Of a DNA stretch of 64,000 nt, positions 38,937 through 50,200 are shown piece by piece (within the stretch, counting starts at the first letter, position 1; each line of letters opens with the position of its first letter). Position numbers and translations under genes: made by a program. The notes beneath the pieces were generated by a model that made no database searches, was not told the origin of the DNA, and saw nothing but the letters and a program-made list of their open reading frames with translations. The stretch comes from Chiloscyllium plagiosum (Eukaryota), in assembly GCF_004010195.1 (NCBI RefSeq), contig NC_057718.1, positions 20,400,915-20,464,914 on the forward strand, read 5' to 3'.

Positions 38937-40073
38937 TGAAGTTTGTGAGAAGATTTGTAGCTCAGGTGCTCATTGTTGTGGTTCTATTCGCCGAGCTGGG
39001 AATTTGTGTTGCAGACGTTTCGTCCCCTGTCTAGGTGACATCCTCAGTGCTTGGGAGCCTCCTGTGAAGCGCTTCTGTGATGTTTCCTCCGGCATTTATA
39101 TTAGTTTGTCTCTGCCGCTTCCGGTTGTCAGTTCTAGCTGTCCGTTGTAGTGGTCGGTATATTGGGTCCAGGTCGATGTGCTTATTGATTGAATCTGTGG
39201 ATGAGTGCCATGCCTCTAGGAATTCCCTGGCTGTTCTCTGTTTGGCTTGTCCTATAATAGTAGTGTTGTCCCAGTCGAACTCCTGTTGCTTGTCATCTGC
39301 GTGTGTGGCTACTAAGGATAGCTGGTCGTGTCGTTTTGTGGCTAGTTGGTGTTCATAGTTGCGGATCGTTAGCTGTCTTCCTGTATGTCCTATGTAATGT
39401 TTTGTGCAGTCCTTGCATGATATTTTGTACACTACGTTGGTTTTGCTCATGCTGGGTATTGGGTCCTTCGTTCTGGTGAGTTGTTGTCTGAGAGTGGCTG
39501 TTGGTTTGTGTGCTGTTATGAGTCCTAGTGGTCGCAGTAGTCTGGCGTCAGTTCAGAAATGCTCGTGATATATGGTAGTGTGGCTAGTCCTTTGGGTTGC
39601 GGCATGTCTTCGTTCTGTTGTCTTTCCCTTCGGCATCTGTTGATGAAATTGCGCGGGTATCCGCTTTTGGTGAATACATTGTATCGGTGGTGTTCTTTCT
39701 CTTTTTGCAGTTCTGGTGTATTGCAGTGTGTTGTGGCCCTTTTGAACAGTGTCTTGATGCAACTTCTTTTGTGTGTGTTGGGGTGGTTGCTTTTGTAGTT
39801 CAGGACTTGGTCTGTGTGTGTGGCTTTCCTGTATATCTTTGTAGTGAATTCTCCGTTCGGTGTTCTCTGTACCATCATGTCTAGGAATGGGAGTTGGTTG
39901 TCCTTTTCTTCTTCTTTCGTGAATCGGATTCCTGTGAGTGTGGCGTTGATGATCCGGTGTGTGTTCTCTATTTCTGTTTTTAATGATTACAAAGGTGTCA
40001 TCCACATATGCAAAGATTAGAACAAACAGTTTTACCGCAAATTCAACCCAAACTCTGGGTCAGATATGTGGAT
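38937..40073 (-). mobile_element. Penelope-like retroelement 3' part: RT C-terminus, GIY-YIG endonuclease and terminal repeat
   Basis: YVDDTFVI, IYRKATHTDQVLNY.SNHP and NVVYKISCKDCTKHYIGHTGR...EH; frameshifted. Confidence 0.93.
39011..39050 (-). ncRNA. Minimal type-I hammerhead ribozyme motif at the Penelope terminus
   Basis: GCA-CUGAGGA-U-GUC(A CCU agac AGG G)GAC-GAAA-CGUC-UGC. Full catalytic core, stems I and II pair, and the palindromic ACGU forms stem III. Predicted cleavage between 39014 and 39013. Activity untested. Confidence 0.75.
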
Positions 40074-41139
40074 TCCCACATCTAATAGAAATTCTGATCT
40101 GAAATCTAATAGAATTCAGATTTTTTTTTTTCAAATGTGTATAGGATCTTGGTCAAACCACACTTAGCATTGTGCACCATTCTGGCCTCCATATGAAAAG
40201 GACATAGAAGCAACAGACATTTCAGAAAGCGTTTACATGATGGTATCAGAACTAAGATTAAAGCTGTTGGAAAACATTGAAGGGGACTTTTATGTTCTTC
40301 AGTAAAAAGAAGTCTTGGAGGTGAATTGAGAGTGGTCTTTACATGAAGAATGAGTTGGATAGGGTAGAAATGGAGAGAATCCAAAACTAGGAGCCATCAA
40401 TTCAACATTGAAGACCCCAGACAAAATCATAAGCTCTCTTGAAAACTTCTGAATGGACAATAGTCTTTTTGGTACTAGTCTTGTATATAACTGCCTTTTG
40501 TTTCTGACATGCCAATGCATTTCTTCATGTCTGTTGATGTATAATAAAATATCATGATGTAAAAAGACATGCTGCAAAATTTCCTTTTTAAACATAACAA
40601 TGGAACGATGAGGCTCTGTACGAAGGCTGAGAAGGGGAGGAAGTCAATTTGCTGCTTTGAGGAATTCATCAATTTATTTATTTTTAGGATGTGGGCATTG
40701 CCACTGAATTGAGTGACTTGATAAGCCATTTCAGAGGCAGCTAAGATTCAACTTGAATGCTGTGGTTTGCAGATAAAGTCAGCAGATTTCCTTCTGAAAA
40801 TCCCCTTCTAAGATTTGTTTATGGAATCTGGTTGTATATTGCTTAACCAGTAATTATTGCTAATCCCTATTTGTCCTAGTAAAGGTGCTGGTGAGCTGGA
40901 GCCTTGAACTGCTGCAATCCTTGTGGTGTAGGGACAACCACAGTGCTGCTTGGAAGGGAATTCCAGGATTTCTATCCAGGAACAGCAATACTGTGCCAGT
41001 TCTGGATTGTGAATAACTTGGAAGGGAACTTGCAGGTGGTGGTGTTAATGTGCATTTGCTCCCCTTGTCCTAAATTGGTAGAGGTCACTGGCTTGGAAGG
41101 TGCTATTGAAAGTGCTATTAGTGAAGCAGATATCAACTA

Positions 41140-42510
41140 ACATAGAGTCGTAGTCATTGTGTCATACAGGATGGAAATAGAGCCTTCAGAAGAGCCCTTC
41201 CATGCTGACCAGATTTCCCAAATTAAAATAGTCCCATTTATCCATATTCCTATAAACTTTTCCTCAGACGCTGCCTGACTGGCTGTGCTTTTCCAGCACC
41301 ACTATTTTTGCCTTTGATCTTCAGCATCTGCAGTCCTCACTTTCTCCTATTCATGTGCCTGTCCAAATGCCTTTTAAATACTGTAACTATAACCATCTCT
41401 ACCACCTCCTCTGACAATTCATTCCACAGACCCAGCAGCCTCTGTGTGGAAAAAGTTGTCCCTCTGGTCCCTTTTTAAATCTTTACCGTCTCACCTTAAA
41501 CCTCTGTCCTCTAGCTTCAATTTCTCCTACCAAGGGGAAAATATCTTTGCTGTTCACCTTATCTATGCCTCTCATGACCTTATAAATCTCTATAAGGTCA
41601 CTCCTAAACCTCCTACGCTCCAGGTTGGTTAAAAAGTCTCTGCCTATCCAGCCTCTCCTAACTCAACCCTCCAGTCTCTGTAACATCCTTGTGAATCTTT
41701 TCTGCACCCATTCCAATTTAATGCTATCCTTCATAAAGCGTGGCAATGAGAACTGTATGCAGTGACCTAACCATTGTCCTATACAGCCACAACAGGACAT
41801 ACCAACTTTTTTTTACTCAATGCTCTGGTCAATGAAGGCAACTGTGCAAAATGCCTCTTTCACCACCGTGTCTGCCTATGACATCACTTTCAAGGAGCTA
41901 TGTACTTGAAGTCCTAGGTGTCTCTGTTTGACAACACTCCCTAGGACTTGATCATTAACTGTGTAAGTCTTGCCCTGGTTTATCTTAACAAAATGCATTA
42001 TCTCACATTTGGCACAGTGGTTAGCACTGCTGCCTCACAGCGCCAGAGACCCGTGTTCAATCCCCGACTCAGGTGACTGACTGTGTGGAGTTTGCACATT
42101 CTCCCCGTGTCTGCGTGGGTTTCCTCCGGGTCCTCCGGTTTCCTCCCACAGTCACAAAGATGTGCGGGTCAGGTGAATTGGCCATGCTAAATTGCCCGTA
42201 GTGTTAGGTTGTAGGGGTATGGGTGGGTTGCGCTTCGGCGGGTCGGTGTGGACTTGTTGGGCCGAAGGGCCTGTTTCCACACTGTAAGTAATCTAATCTA
42301 ATCTAATCTATTTAAATTAAAATCTCTCTGTCACTCAGCCCATTAGCCCAGCTAATCAAGATCCCTTTGTAGTTTTAGATTATCTTCCGCTGTCCACTAA
42401 ACTATTCATTTTGATCTTATCTGCAAACTTACTAACCATGCTTCCTCTATTCTTGTCCAGATTGTTTATATAAATGACAACTGTGGACATAGTCCCGATC
42501 TTCGTGAAAC
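41140..42510 (-). mobile_element. Degenerate CR1 3' fragment hosting a family-A fragment (about 41265-41348) and a SINE
   Basis: Similar to 1461-2450 and 28218-28549. Confidence 0.75.
42011..42310 (+). mobile_element. Near full-length HE1-type tRNA-derived SINE
   Basis: A box tggttagcactg, B box gttcaatccc, conserved core and (taatc)n tail; CpGs retained, so a young copy. Confidence 0.9.
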
Positions 42511-42621
42511 ATACAGTTGATTCTAATCATGAACTGAAATACTGGAGAACATTTGCATTGCTATTTAATGTAACATCTTTATCAATGGTTTTGTAATCTT
42601 TTGTTAAACCTTTTTAAAAAG

Positions 42622-42782
42622 ATGAAGTCAGTGAATTGGGACACAGATTCAGCAAATTTCAAACTTTCTGCAACGAAGCAGAGTCTGATACACAAACTGA
42701 AGAATTGGGCAACAGACCTGATGCTGGAAGCATAACTGGAAGACGACCAAATTCTGCCCAGCCATTCTTCACAAGAGATCTG
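42622..42782 (+). CDS. HYLS1: HYLS1 coding exon 6 (DEVSELGHRFSKFQTF...PFFTRDL)
   Basis: Overlaps ORF 42636-42833. aaag acceptor after a T-rich tract; 161 nt, phase 1-0; donor CTG|gtaact. Confidence 0.75.
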
Positions 42783-43176
42783 GTAACTAATCTGAACCAT
42801 GTCCTGCCTTTGCTTGTTTTTTTTTTGTACTAATTTGGGTCAGGGACGTTTCTTACTCTAGTATCTTTGTGCTTAACTTGTAGGTTGAAAATTACAGATT
42901 GAAATATTCAAATAGAATGAACAAGTGATCTCCAGTTAGGAAACATTCATGGAATTAAAGTTATGCATAACTGTTCTTTATAAAACGATTTGCTTTTGGC
43001 GATTTGGGTAACACTAGTCAGCGTATTGACCAATTTTGGTTGCCCTTGGGTGCATCGAGTCAAACTACAGATTGTACAGGAATTGTGATCCACAGCAGGC
43101 AACTTATCTAAAGGATTATTCCAATTGTATAAACAAGGGATTATATTAATTCCGAAATTTATTTCTGTCTCTGCAG

Positions 43177-43237
43177 TGGAACTGTAGGCTCGGAGGAAGT
43201 GAGGGTTATGGTTGTGTTTCAAACCCACCAAAGTCAT
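43177..43237 (+). CDS. HYLS1: HYLS1 coding exon 7 (WNCRLGGSEGYGCVSNPPKS)
   Basis: ctctgcag acceptor, T|gtaagt donor. PKS-F continues into exon 8, as in human RPKSFILP. Confidence 0.88.
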
Positions 43238-44488
43238 GTAAGTGTTAATGTTTTGTCATTGCTGTATCTTTTCCATAATTTAAGAAGCCATGAAATATTT
43301 TGTACAAGGATCTAATGTCCAGGGAAACTATGCTAATCACTATTTTAAAGTAAAGCATTAATAAAATAAAGAGGCCACATTAGATTTTGTTAAATTAAGT
43401 TGTATAGTGCCATTTTCTTGATTCAGACTAAGACAATGCACACTAAATTTGGCCCTGTCATCCCTATTGTAAATCTATGACCTATTAATATAGTGCACAA
43501 GTTGTTGTAGCACTGTGTTTGTATTTGTATGCAAACAGAAGCATATAGCTTCACACCACACTTCAAGACTGAATATGGACTACAGCTGTTTCTGTTCAAA
43601 CTGTCACAAAAGTACCATTTATATGAAATACAGAACATTCAACTAGAAAAAAACATGCCTGTCAGATTGAACACAAAGGAAAAAGAATAGGAGAAAAACC
43701 ATTTAGCCTCCTTGGGTCTGCCCTGCTGTACAATAAGCTCTGACTGTGACTTTAGCTCCACTTTTCTGTCTGTCGCACCGCACACTATCACCATAATATT
43801 TTAGATCGAAATCTGTTTTGACTCAGTCTGAATGTAATCAACAATAGTATCCATTGTTCTCCGATGAAGAACATTCCAAATACTAACAATACTGAGAAAA
43901 GAAATTCCTGCTGATCTATCATATTTTGAAACTGTGCTCCCATAGTTATACATTTCCTAAAATATTCTCATTGCCTACTGTAAAGTTCTCTTGTAATCTT
44001 ATTTTAATAACATCAGCTCTCATTCTCCTGAATTTAAATGAGTATCGTTCCAACCTTCTTCTTAAAACTGTCTCTTCATCTCAGGAATTAGCCTACTTGA
44101 ACCTTCTGTGCACCATCTTCAATGCAAATATATTCATAATTTAAAAGAAGATTAAAACTGTATACAGCACTCCAGATGTGCCACACCACTGTCCTGTACA
44201 GTTGTAACCAGGGTTCATTACTTTTATACTCAATTCCCCTTGCAAAGCCATGGAATGGGCACAAATGAGTAGATAACACTACTCAAAATAGAGGAGGATT
44301 TTCCAGTTCCTGGCCAAAATTATTCTGCTAAAGCCAGCTTAGCTTGCCATTGTTTACTGCCTTCATAAGAGACTACTTTGTAAAATGGATTATAAATCTG
44401 TTAGTATGATAAAATAGAGACATGACTTTATTCAATCTAAACTGTGCAGAATATACACTCGATGCTTTTTAAATGCTTGCCATTGCAG

Positions 44489-44552
44489 TTATTAGACCAG
44501 TAATGGATCATCCTCACACAAGAAACATAAAGAAAAGTGACCCTGTAGCAAA
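44489..44552 (+). CDS. HYLS1: HYLS1 coding exon 8 (FIRPVMDHPHTRNIKKSDPVAK)
   Basis: ttgcag acceptor, AA|gtaagt donor. Start of the conserved HYLS1 C-terminal domain (human [21 protein letters not shown]). Confidence 0.93.
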
Positions 44553-45954
44553 GTAAGTGTGTTGGACTTCGTTAGTTGTTTCCTTTTCTTTTAAAGCCTG
44601 CAATATAATTTGTACAAAAGATTCAAATATATACTTAACTTTGATAATTGTTGTGTTGACTTTGTCTGCCTTTCCACTATTCTCTGCAATATTTAGACTA
44701 ACTTCCAGGACACGTGATTTTCCTTTTCTTTCATTTCCTTTCCCCACTCCACCCTCATGCTAGAGGTACCATTCCCTCTTGGATATTTTTATTCTGCATT
44801 CCATCACACTGAGTTTTTTTCTGTTCTTTCCTGACACTTCTTGCAATGAAAGCATTTGTTCAGATTTTCTCAACCCATGCCTACGATTTCATATTGTTTT
44901 GTATATGAGCAAGGCAGTCTTCCAATTCCATGTTCAACAGACCAAGTGGCTATTTTTCTACATCCATTTAATTCATGTGTGATCCTGATCTGACTTATTT
45001 TGGTTTTCTCAAACAACTTCTCCTCTACCCTTCTAAACTCTTATGTTATTCAAACTTATATCAGAATTTTGAACAGTAACGTCTTGATGGACACAATGCT
45101 GCCTTCTGGCCCTTGCTGTATTATGGCAAAATTTGAGCTTGTGAAGCTATTGAATATAAATATTATTATTGATACTAACTTTAGAATCCTTTGTGAAAAG
45201 AGACAAATTTTATCCCATCACACTTTAGATATTTTTATTTTATTTGAATTCCCTTGCCAACAGGACTTTTAATTATCGTCAAATTCAGCTACACTTTAGG
45301 TGTGTGTTTCAGCAAAGATTTAATTACGTTAAAGTGCATCTTAACATTGACTCACTTGTTTCACTTCAACATCATTAGGCAACACATTTGCCACAAACTT
45401 CCTGTTGTGGTCTGCTTGTGCAAGTGCCCTTTCCTACAACACCTACACTCTCTGTCTCTCCTAGTGTTGTATTCCTGGCTTTTCTCTCTAGCCTCTCCTG
45501 GCATTGTTTCCAAACCTTATGTACCATGTTTTTCTTTTGTGGGGAGGGTACACCGGGTTACTACTTAAATGCTCTTGTTATGAATTTTTCTCCACCTATG
45601 CTCCATCCAGTGGTCGATATTGTTCAGCGCAAGTAGTCCTAGAATCCGCACAATTTTTTGCCCCCAGACGGAGCTCGTCAGTCTACAACAGTTTTTTTTT
45701 TAAATGTCATATCTACATTATATTTTGTTTATATTTAGTGATGAATTTTATTTTGCTAATTATTTCAGCTAAGAATGCATAGTACTACACGTACAGTACG
45801 GTATTCTAGCTTGTGCATTTTATTTGGAGTGGGAAATATCTGAAGTAGTCAGTTCGGACTGACTTAACACTAATTTCTACTGTAACTATATACTTACAAA
45901 GTCACAATTTTAAGGAACACAAACAACTAAATGAAATTGTATTTTCAATTTAAG

Positions 45955-46036
45955 GTATTTTGAATATAAGCAAAACTGGGAGACTTTCAAAGCTCCTGGA
46001 GAAAAAGATAGGAAAGAACTGCGATGGGGGATAAGG
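45955..46036 (+). CDS. HYLS1: HYLS1 coding exon 9 (YFEYKQNWETFKAPGEKDRKELRWGIR)
   Basis: tttaag acceptor, AGG|gtatgt donor. Resembles human [27 protein letters not shown]. Confidence 0.95.
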
Positions 46037-46129
46037 GTATGTACTTCTAATCCTTTACTGTCACACAGTCAAATTTAAAGGGACATTGTCAGGACTGAGT
46101 TGTTTCAAGTATATTTTGTTCTTCCCTAG

Positions 46130-46162
46130 GAGCAAATGCTTTATAATCACCAACTACGTCTG
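46130..46162 (+). CDS. HYLS1: HYLS1 coding exon 10, 33-nt mini-exon (EQMLYNHQLRL)
   Basis: ttccctag acceptor after a 93-nt intron; CTG|gtgagt donor. Human has EQML at this position. Confidence 0.92.
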
Positions 46163-46289
46163 GTGAGTGGTCTCTTTTCTAGTTTCCCATTGATTCTCAT
46201 TATTCTCTATCCCCAAAACAGTAATATTAGCTGAGTTCTCTGAACCATAGTTGTAACACTTAATCTGAATTTACATTATTTTAAACTTC

Positions 46290-46615
46290 ATGGAATCCCT
46301 GGTGTGGAAGCAGGTCATTCAGCCCATTAAGACCACACCAACCCTCCAAAGAGCATCACACCCAGACCCAATCCCTGTAACCCTACAATCCCCTTGGCTA
46401 ATGCACCTAGCCTGTAGATCCCTGGACACTGTGGGCAATTAAGCATGGCCAGTCAACCTAATCTGCATATCTTTGGACTGTGGGAGGAAATCAGAACACC
46501 TGGAGGAAACCCACACAGACACTGGGAGAATGTGCAAACTCCACATAGTTGCCTGAGGATGGAATCGAACCTGGGTCCCTGGTGCTATGAGGCAGAAATT
46601 CTAGCCACAGTACCC
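46290..46615 (-). mobile_element. HE1-type SINE in the last HYLS1 intron
   Basis: Reverse-complement SINE core; B box ggaatcgaacc at 46561-46571. Confidence 0.8.
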
Positions 46616-46872
46616 CTCTTAAACATCAGCAAGCTATTTTTAATATCTTGTAATTGTAATATAGTAAATAAATACCTTTTGTAGTTTATCTACTGTATCT
46701 TCACTAATTAGTGCCAAAAATTCCAATATGTTCTTTCCAGACACTTGTAACTCTTCAACTCCTTCACTGTTTTAATTGTAAATATGAATTTGTTTGCTAA
46801 GATGCTCAAGTTTGGAAGTAGCTTGTGGCTTATCAACAGAATAACTATTTTCTCTGAATTCACCCACTGCAG

Positions 46873-47004
46873 AAACCTCGGCACAATTATGTTCCAAATG
46901 ATTACATAATACCAACAGAGAAGAAACGATCTGCATTGCGATGGCAAATTAGACATGAATTAGCAACTGGAACCATTCCACAGAAGTTTTTCTGTCCATT
47001 ATAG
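46873..47004 (+). CDS. HYLS1: HYLS1 last coding exon ([43 protein letters not shown])
   Basis: ctgcag acceptor; TAG at 47002-47004. Resembles human [33 protein letters not shown]. Confidence 0.95.
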   Translation, partial: KPRHNYVPNDYIIPTEKKRSALRWQIRHELATGTIPQKFFCPL

Positions 47005-47089
47005 CTAGATTAACTTGGTACAATGTTTACATAAATCACGTTCTTTTGTAATTGACTAACAGCATGAGTTGTGCAATGAAGTCATAGAT

Positions 47090-47095
47090 TTTATT
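47090..47095 (-). terminator. Putative MRPL4 polyadenylation signal AATAAA (TTTATT on +)
   Basis: First minus-strand AATAAA after the MRPL4 stop, 52 nt downstream of it. Confidence 0.55.
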
Positions 47096-47105
47096 GGATC
47101 GTAAA

Positions 47106-47111
47106 AATAAA
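47106..47111 (+). terminator. Putative HYLS1 polyadenylation signal AATAAA
   Basis: First AATAAA after the stop codon, about 100 nt downstream, followed by a T-rich tract. Confidence 0.55.
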
Positions 47112-47147
47112 TGTCCTCTTTTTCTAAATTTGTTTTCTGCATCATTC

Positions 47148-47293
47148 TTAAGGGAAGTCTTTGTAAGGTAGTTTGAATGGATAGAGGGGTGAGAATCTGG
47201 TATTGTGCCATAGCAGCTTCTTCTCGAGAAAACTGACTGCATCCAGTGTAAGAACCAAGGTCTCGTATTTCAGCATACTGTGAACATTCAGGC
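47148..47293 (-). CDS. MRPL4: MRPL4 last coding exon ([48 protein letters not shown])
   Basis: Minus-strand ttttccag acceptor; TAA at 47150-47148. Resembles human [17 protein letters not shown]...LYPFSLPYSDFP. Confidence 0.95.
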
Positions 47294-50200
47294 CTGGAAA
47301 ACAAGATTGGGTAGAGTTTCAGGAAGCCAATAAACAGTAAAATCCCAATATGGAACCAGCTTTCCATCAATCCTCAACACTGCTTCAATTATGTTTGTGA
47401 TGGAAGATTAAAAACTACTATAAACTTTGCACAGTCATTCATTCCAACAAATTTTATCACTATCCCTGTAGTCACTATACACTATTCTTTCCAAGGAATC
47501 ATTATTTATGTGCAAGTCTTGAAAAGCTATTTGATTGCAGGAACCAACTGTAATTCACGGATTCAGACTGTCGATATGACTTAGCTATAAATTGGATAAA
47601 TGAATTGGTCCAATAGAAGAACTTGCGACAATACTTAGATTTCTGTACTAGCAATAGACTAAAGAAATAAATCTTGCAGTCTAACTAATCATGTATCTAA
47701 TCATTGTGAGATAATGTTCAAATTAGTTGCTAGATGAACTGCCATTTCTAAACAGTTTCTTTTGATTCAGTTATGTCATGTCATTTTGTATCAGTGTTCT
47801 TGTAAAGCACATCAGGACACTTAAACACTATTGACATAATGAAGTACTGTTAAATTCTGACCATTACAGGTAGCTTTCCACTAACTGCCATCAATTCTAA
47901 CTGTAGCATTTTATAGCTTTCTGTACAGGAGCACCCTTAAAAATGCAACTTAAAATGAACTATACAGCTGGCCTACTTTAAAATAATCAAATGTACATGC
48001 AAATGAGGAGCAGGAGTAGACCATTCAGCTTCTCAAGCCTGCTGTGTTAGTCAGTAATATCATGACTGACTGGAATGTGTCGAGTTTCACATTCCTAACT
48101 ACCCCCATAACCTCAGATTCCCTTGATGTCAAGAATCTACCTCTCTCGGACTTTGAAAGTGTTAAATTCCTAATCTCTTGAGTTCTAAAAACTCACTACC
48201 CTCTGAATGCATTTCTCAGCATCTGTCTTAAAATAGAAGCCTTATTTATTATAACTCTGTCTCCTGTTTCTAGCCTCTCTAACAAGGGGAACAGCTAACC
48301 TGTCACATTCTATTGGAATTGTCTCAATAAAGTCACCTCGTTCTTTTTAAATTTCAATTTATGCATATCCAGCTTTTCCTAACAAGGTAACCCACCACCC
48401 CTCCACGTCAGATATCATCAAGTGAATCTTCTCTGAATTGCCTCTAACATATGTCTTAGATAAAAAGACCAAACTGTACACAGTACTCCAGTACCTAAAT
48501 AGATAACCACCCCACTTTGGCAATAACCACCCTTGTAACAAATATTTAAGGATGGATTTTTAAGAATCTTTGGAAATGGGTAGTTGTGAAGTTTTGAAGG
48601 CTTATAATCCTGGAGTAGGAATGAGTGGATGGAATGATAAAGAAATGTCCTGTGATCATTCGGCCTGTTTGGGAAGTCAAGTAGCAAATGTGAATGCACC
48701 GAGCATCGTTCTGCTGAACTAGTTTGATTCCTTCACTTTCCATCCTTCTGATTTCTGCCTCTACTTTTGCCCATAACAAAATAATACTGGGCAGGCCTTG
48801 CAGAATTGTTTCCTGGTCAACATGCAAGGTGACCTCTGCTCCCTTGACAGCCCCGAGACTTGCCAGAAAAACTTCAGGTTTTTAACTTCACTCATAAAGC
48901 TAATCTCTGAAATTTTCTCAACTAATTTTTCCCATCAAGCTTGAGCCTTTCCCAACAATCAGTGGTAATTGAGTCAGCTGCTTCTCATCAAAGACGGGAA
49001 TTGAGGTTGTACCCTTCATCTGTAAAAGGTTGCCTGGTACAAGTTCTCAACCTATCTGAGGTCTTGCAAAAACTTAAGGGTTGAAGTTTGCTGTGCTGGT
49101 ATTGGCCTCCTTGATAGCCAGGTGACCATTTAGCCACACATTCATTTGACTGGTTCTGATTTGGATGTTGCTAAGCAATTTAACTGTTCTAAACTAGATG
49201 TAGGTTGACTTTCCAGGTTGTACATTCTCTGGGATACTGGCTTATGAGTTCTCTTACTCCATTTACACCTAGTGAGACTCTCTTATCTCAAGTCTACATA
49301 CTGGCAGCAACTACAATTGTTTGCCGAACCGGATCCTAAAGGAAGTTTTAACCATTCTTTCAAAGGAATACCCTATAACTCTTATGCTCCACTTGCCACA
49401 TTTTCCAATGATAAAGCTAGTTGTAGTTTCTGTTTGAAGTCCAGTTGGGCTTCAGCTAGTTGGTGCTTTTGCATTATTAATCTCACATACCAAACGGTCT
49501 CTCAGCATCTCATTAAACATTAAACTGATGTCACATGCCTCTGCCACTCATCTTCACCTAGTCAAAAATCCTTATCTGGATTCCCATGGTTCTCGAATTG
49601 CTAAATAAAACCGATAGCATCTCAATTACAGGCAGTTTGGGGGTCGTAATATTTCTTAACTAAATCTGGTGACTCAGGGAGCATTAGGCTCCGAAAACAA
49701 AATAGGGTTGTCAGGAGAATTGCTTTTCATCTGCCCAATGTCATTATCCCAGGAAAGAATGACACACTTGTACAGGGCCCAGTCTTCAACCAATGGATTA
49801 AACGAGTTAAACTTCCCAAATAACGGTATGATGCCAGAAATGCTTATGCCAACTTAAAGAAGACTGCTGTGAGAAAGTTTCTTCAGAAGAGTGCTTTTCT
49901 CTTGTTGCCACTGAAATAACTCTACAGAGGTTGGTGTCCTGTCACCAAATCACCCTTTATTCACATGAGGAGAGTCCTTGACATCCACGCAGCTCCCTTG
50001 CAGCCAACTCAGAGTGAACAGGATGTCTAACATTCATATTCTGTTTTGTTTTGCCACACAGCAATTGTGCTTATTTTCCCCACAACATCCATATTGTGTG
50101 TGGTATAAGTGCAGGAGTCGTTAAAGACTCCATGTGCAAAATAATATCATTCAACATTTCCACCACGAGGAAAAACACCCATGTGTGATCCAGTAACAAG

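Noticed and set aside
42011..42085. tRNA-like sequence with A and B boxes
   Set aside because: It is the head of a SINE and continues into the SINE core and tail; no complete cloverleaf.
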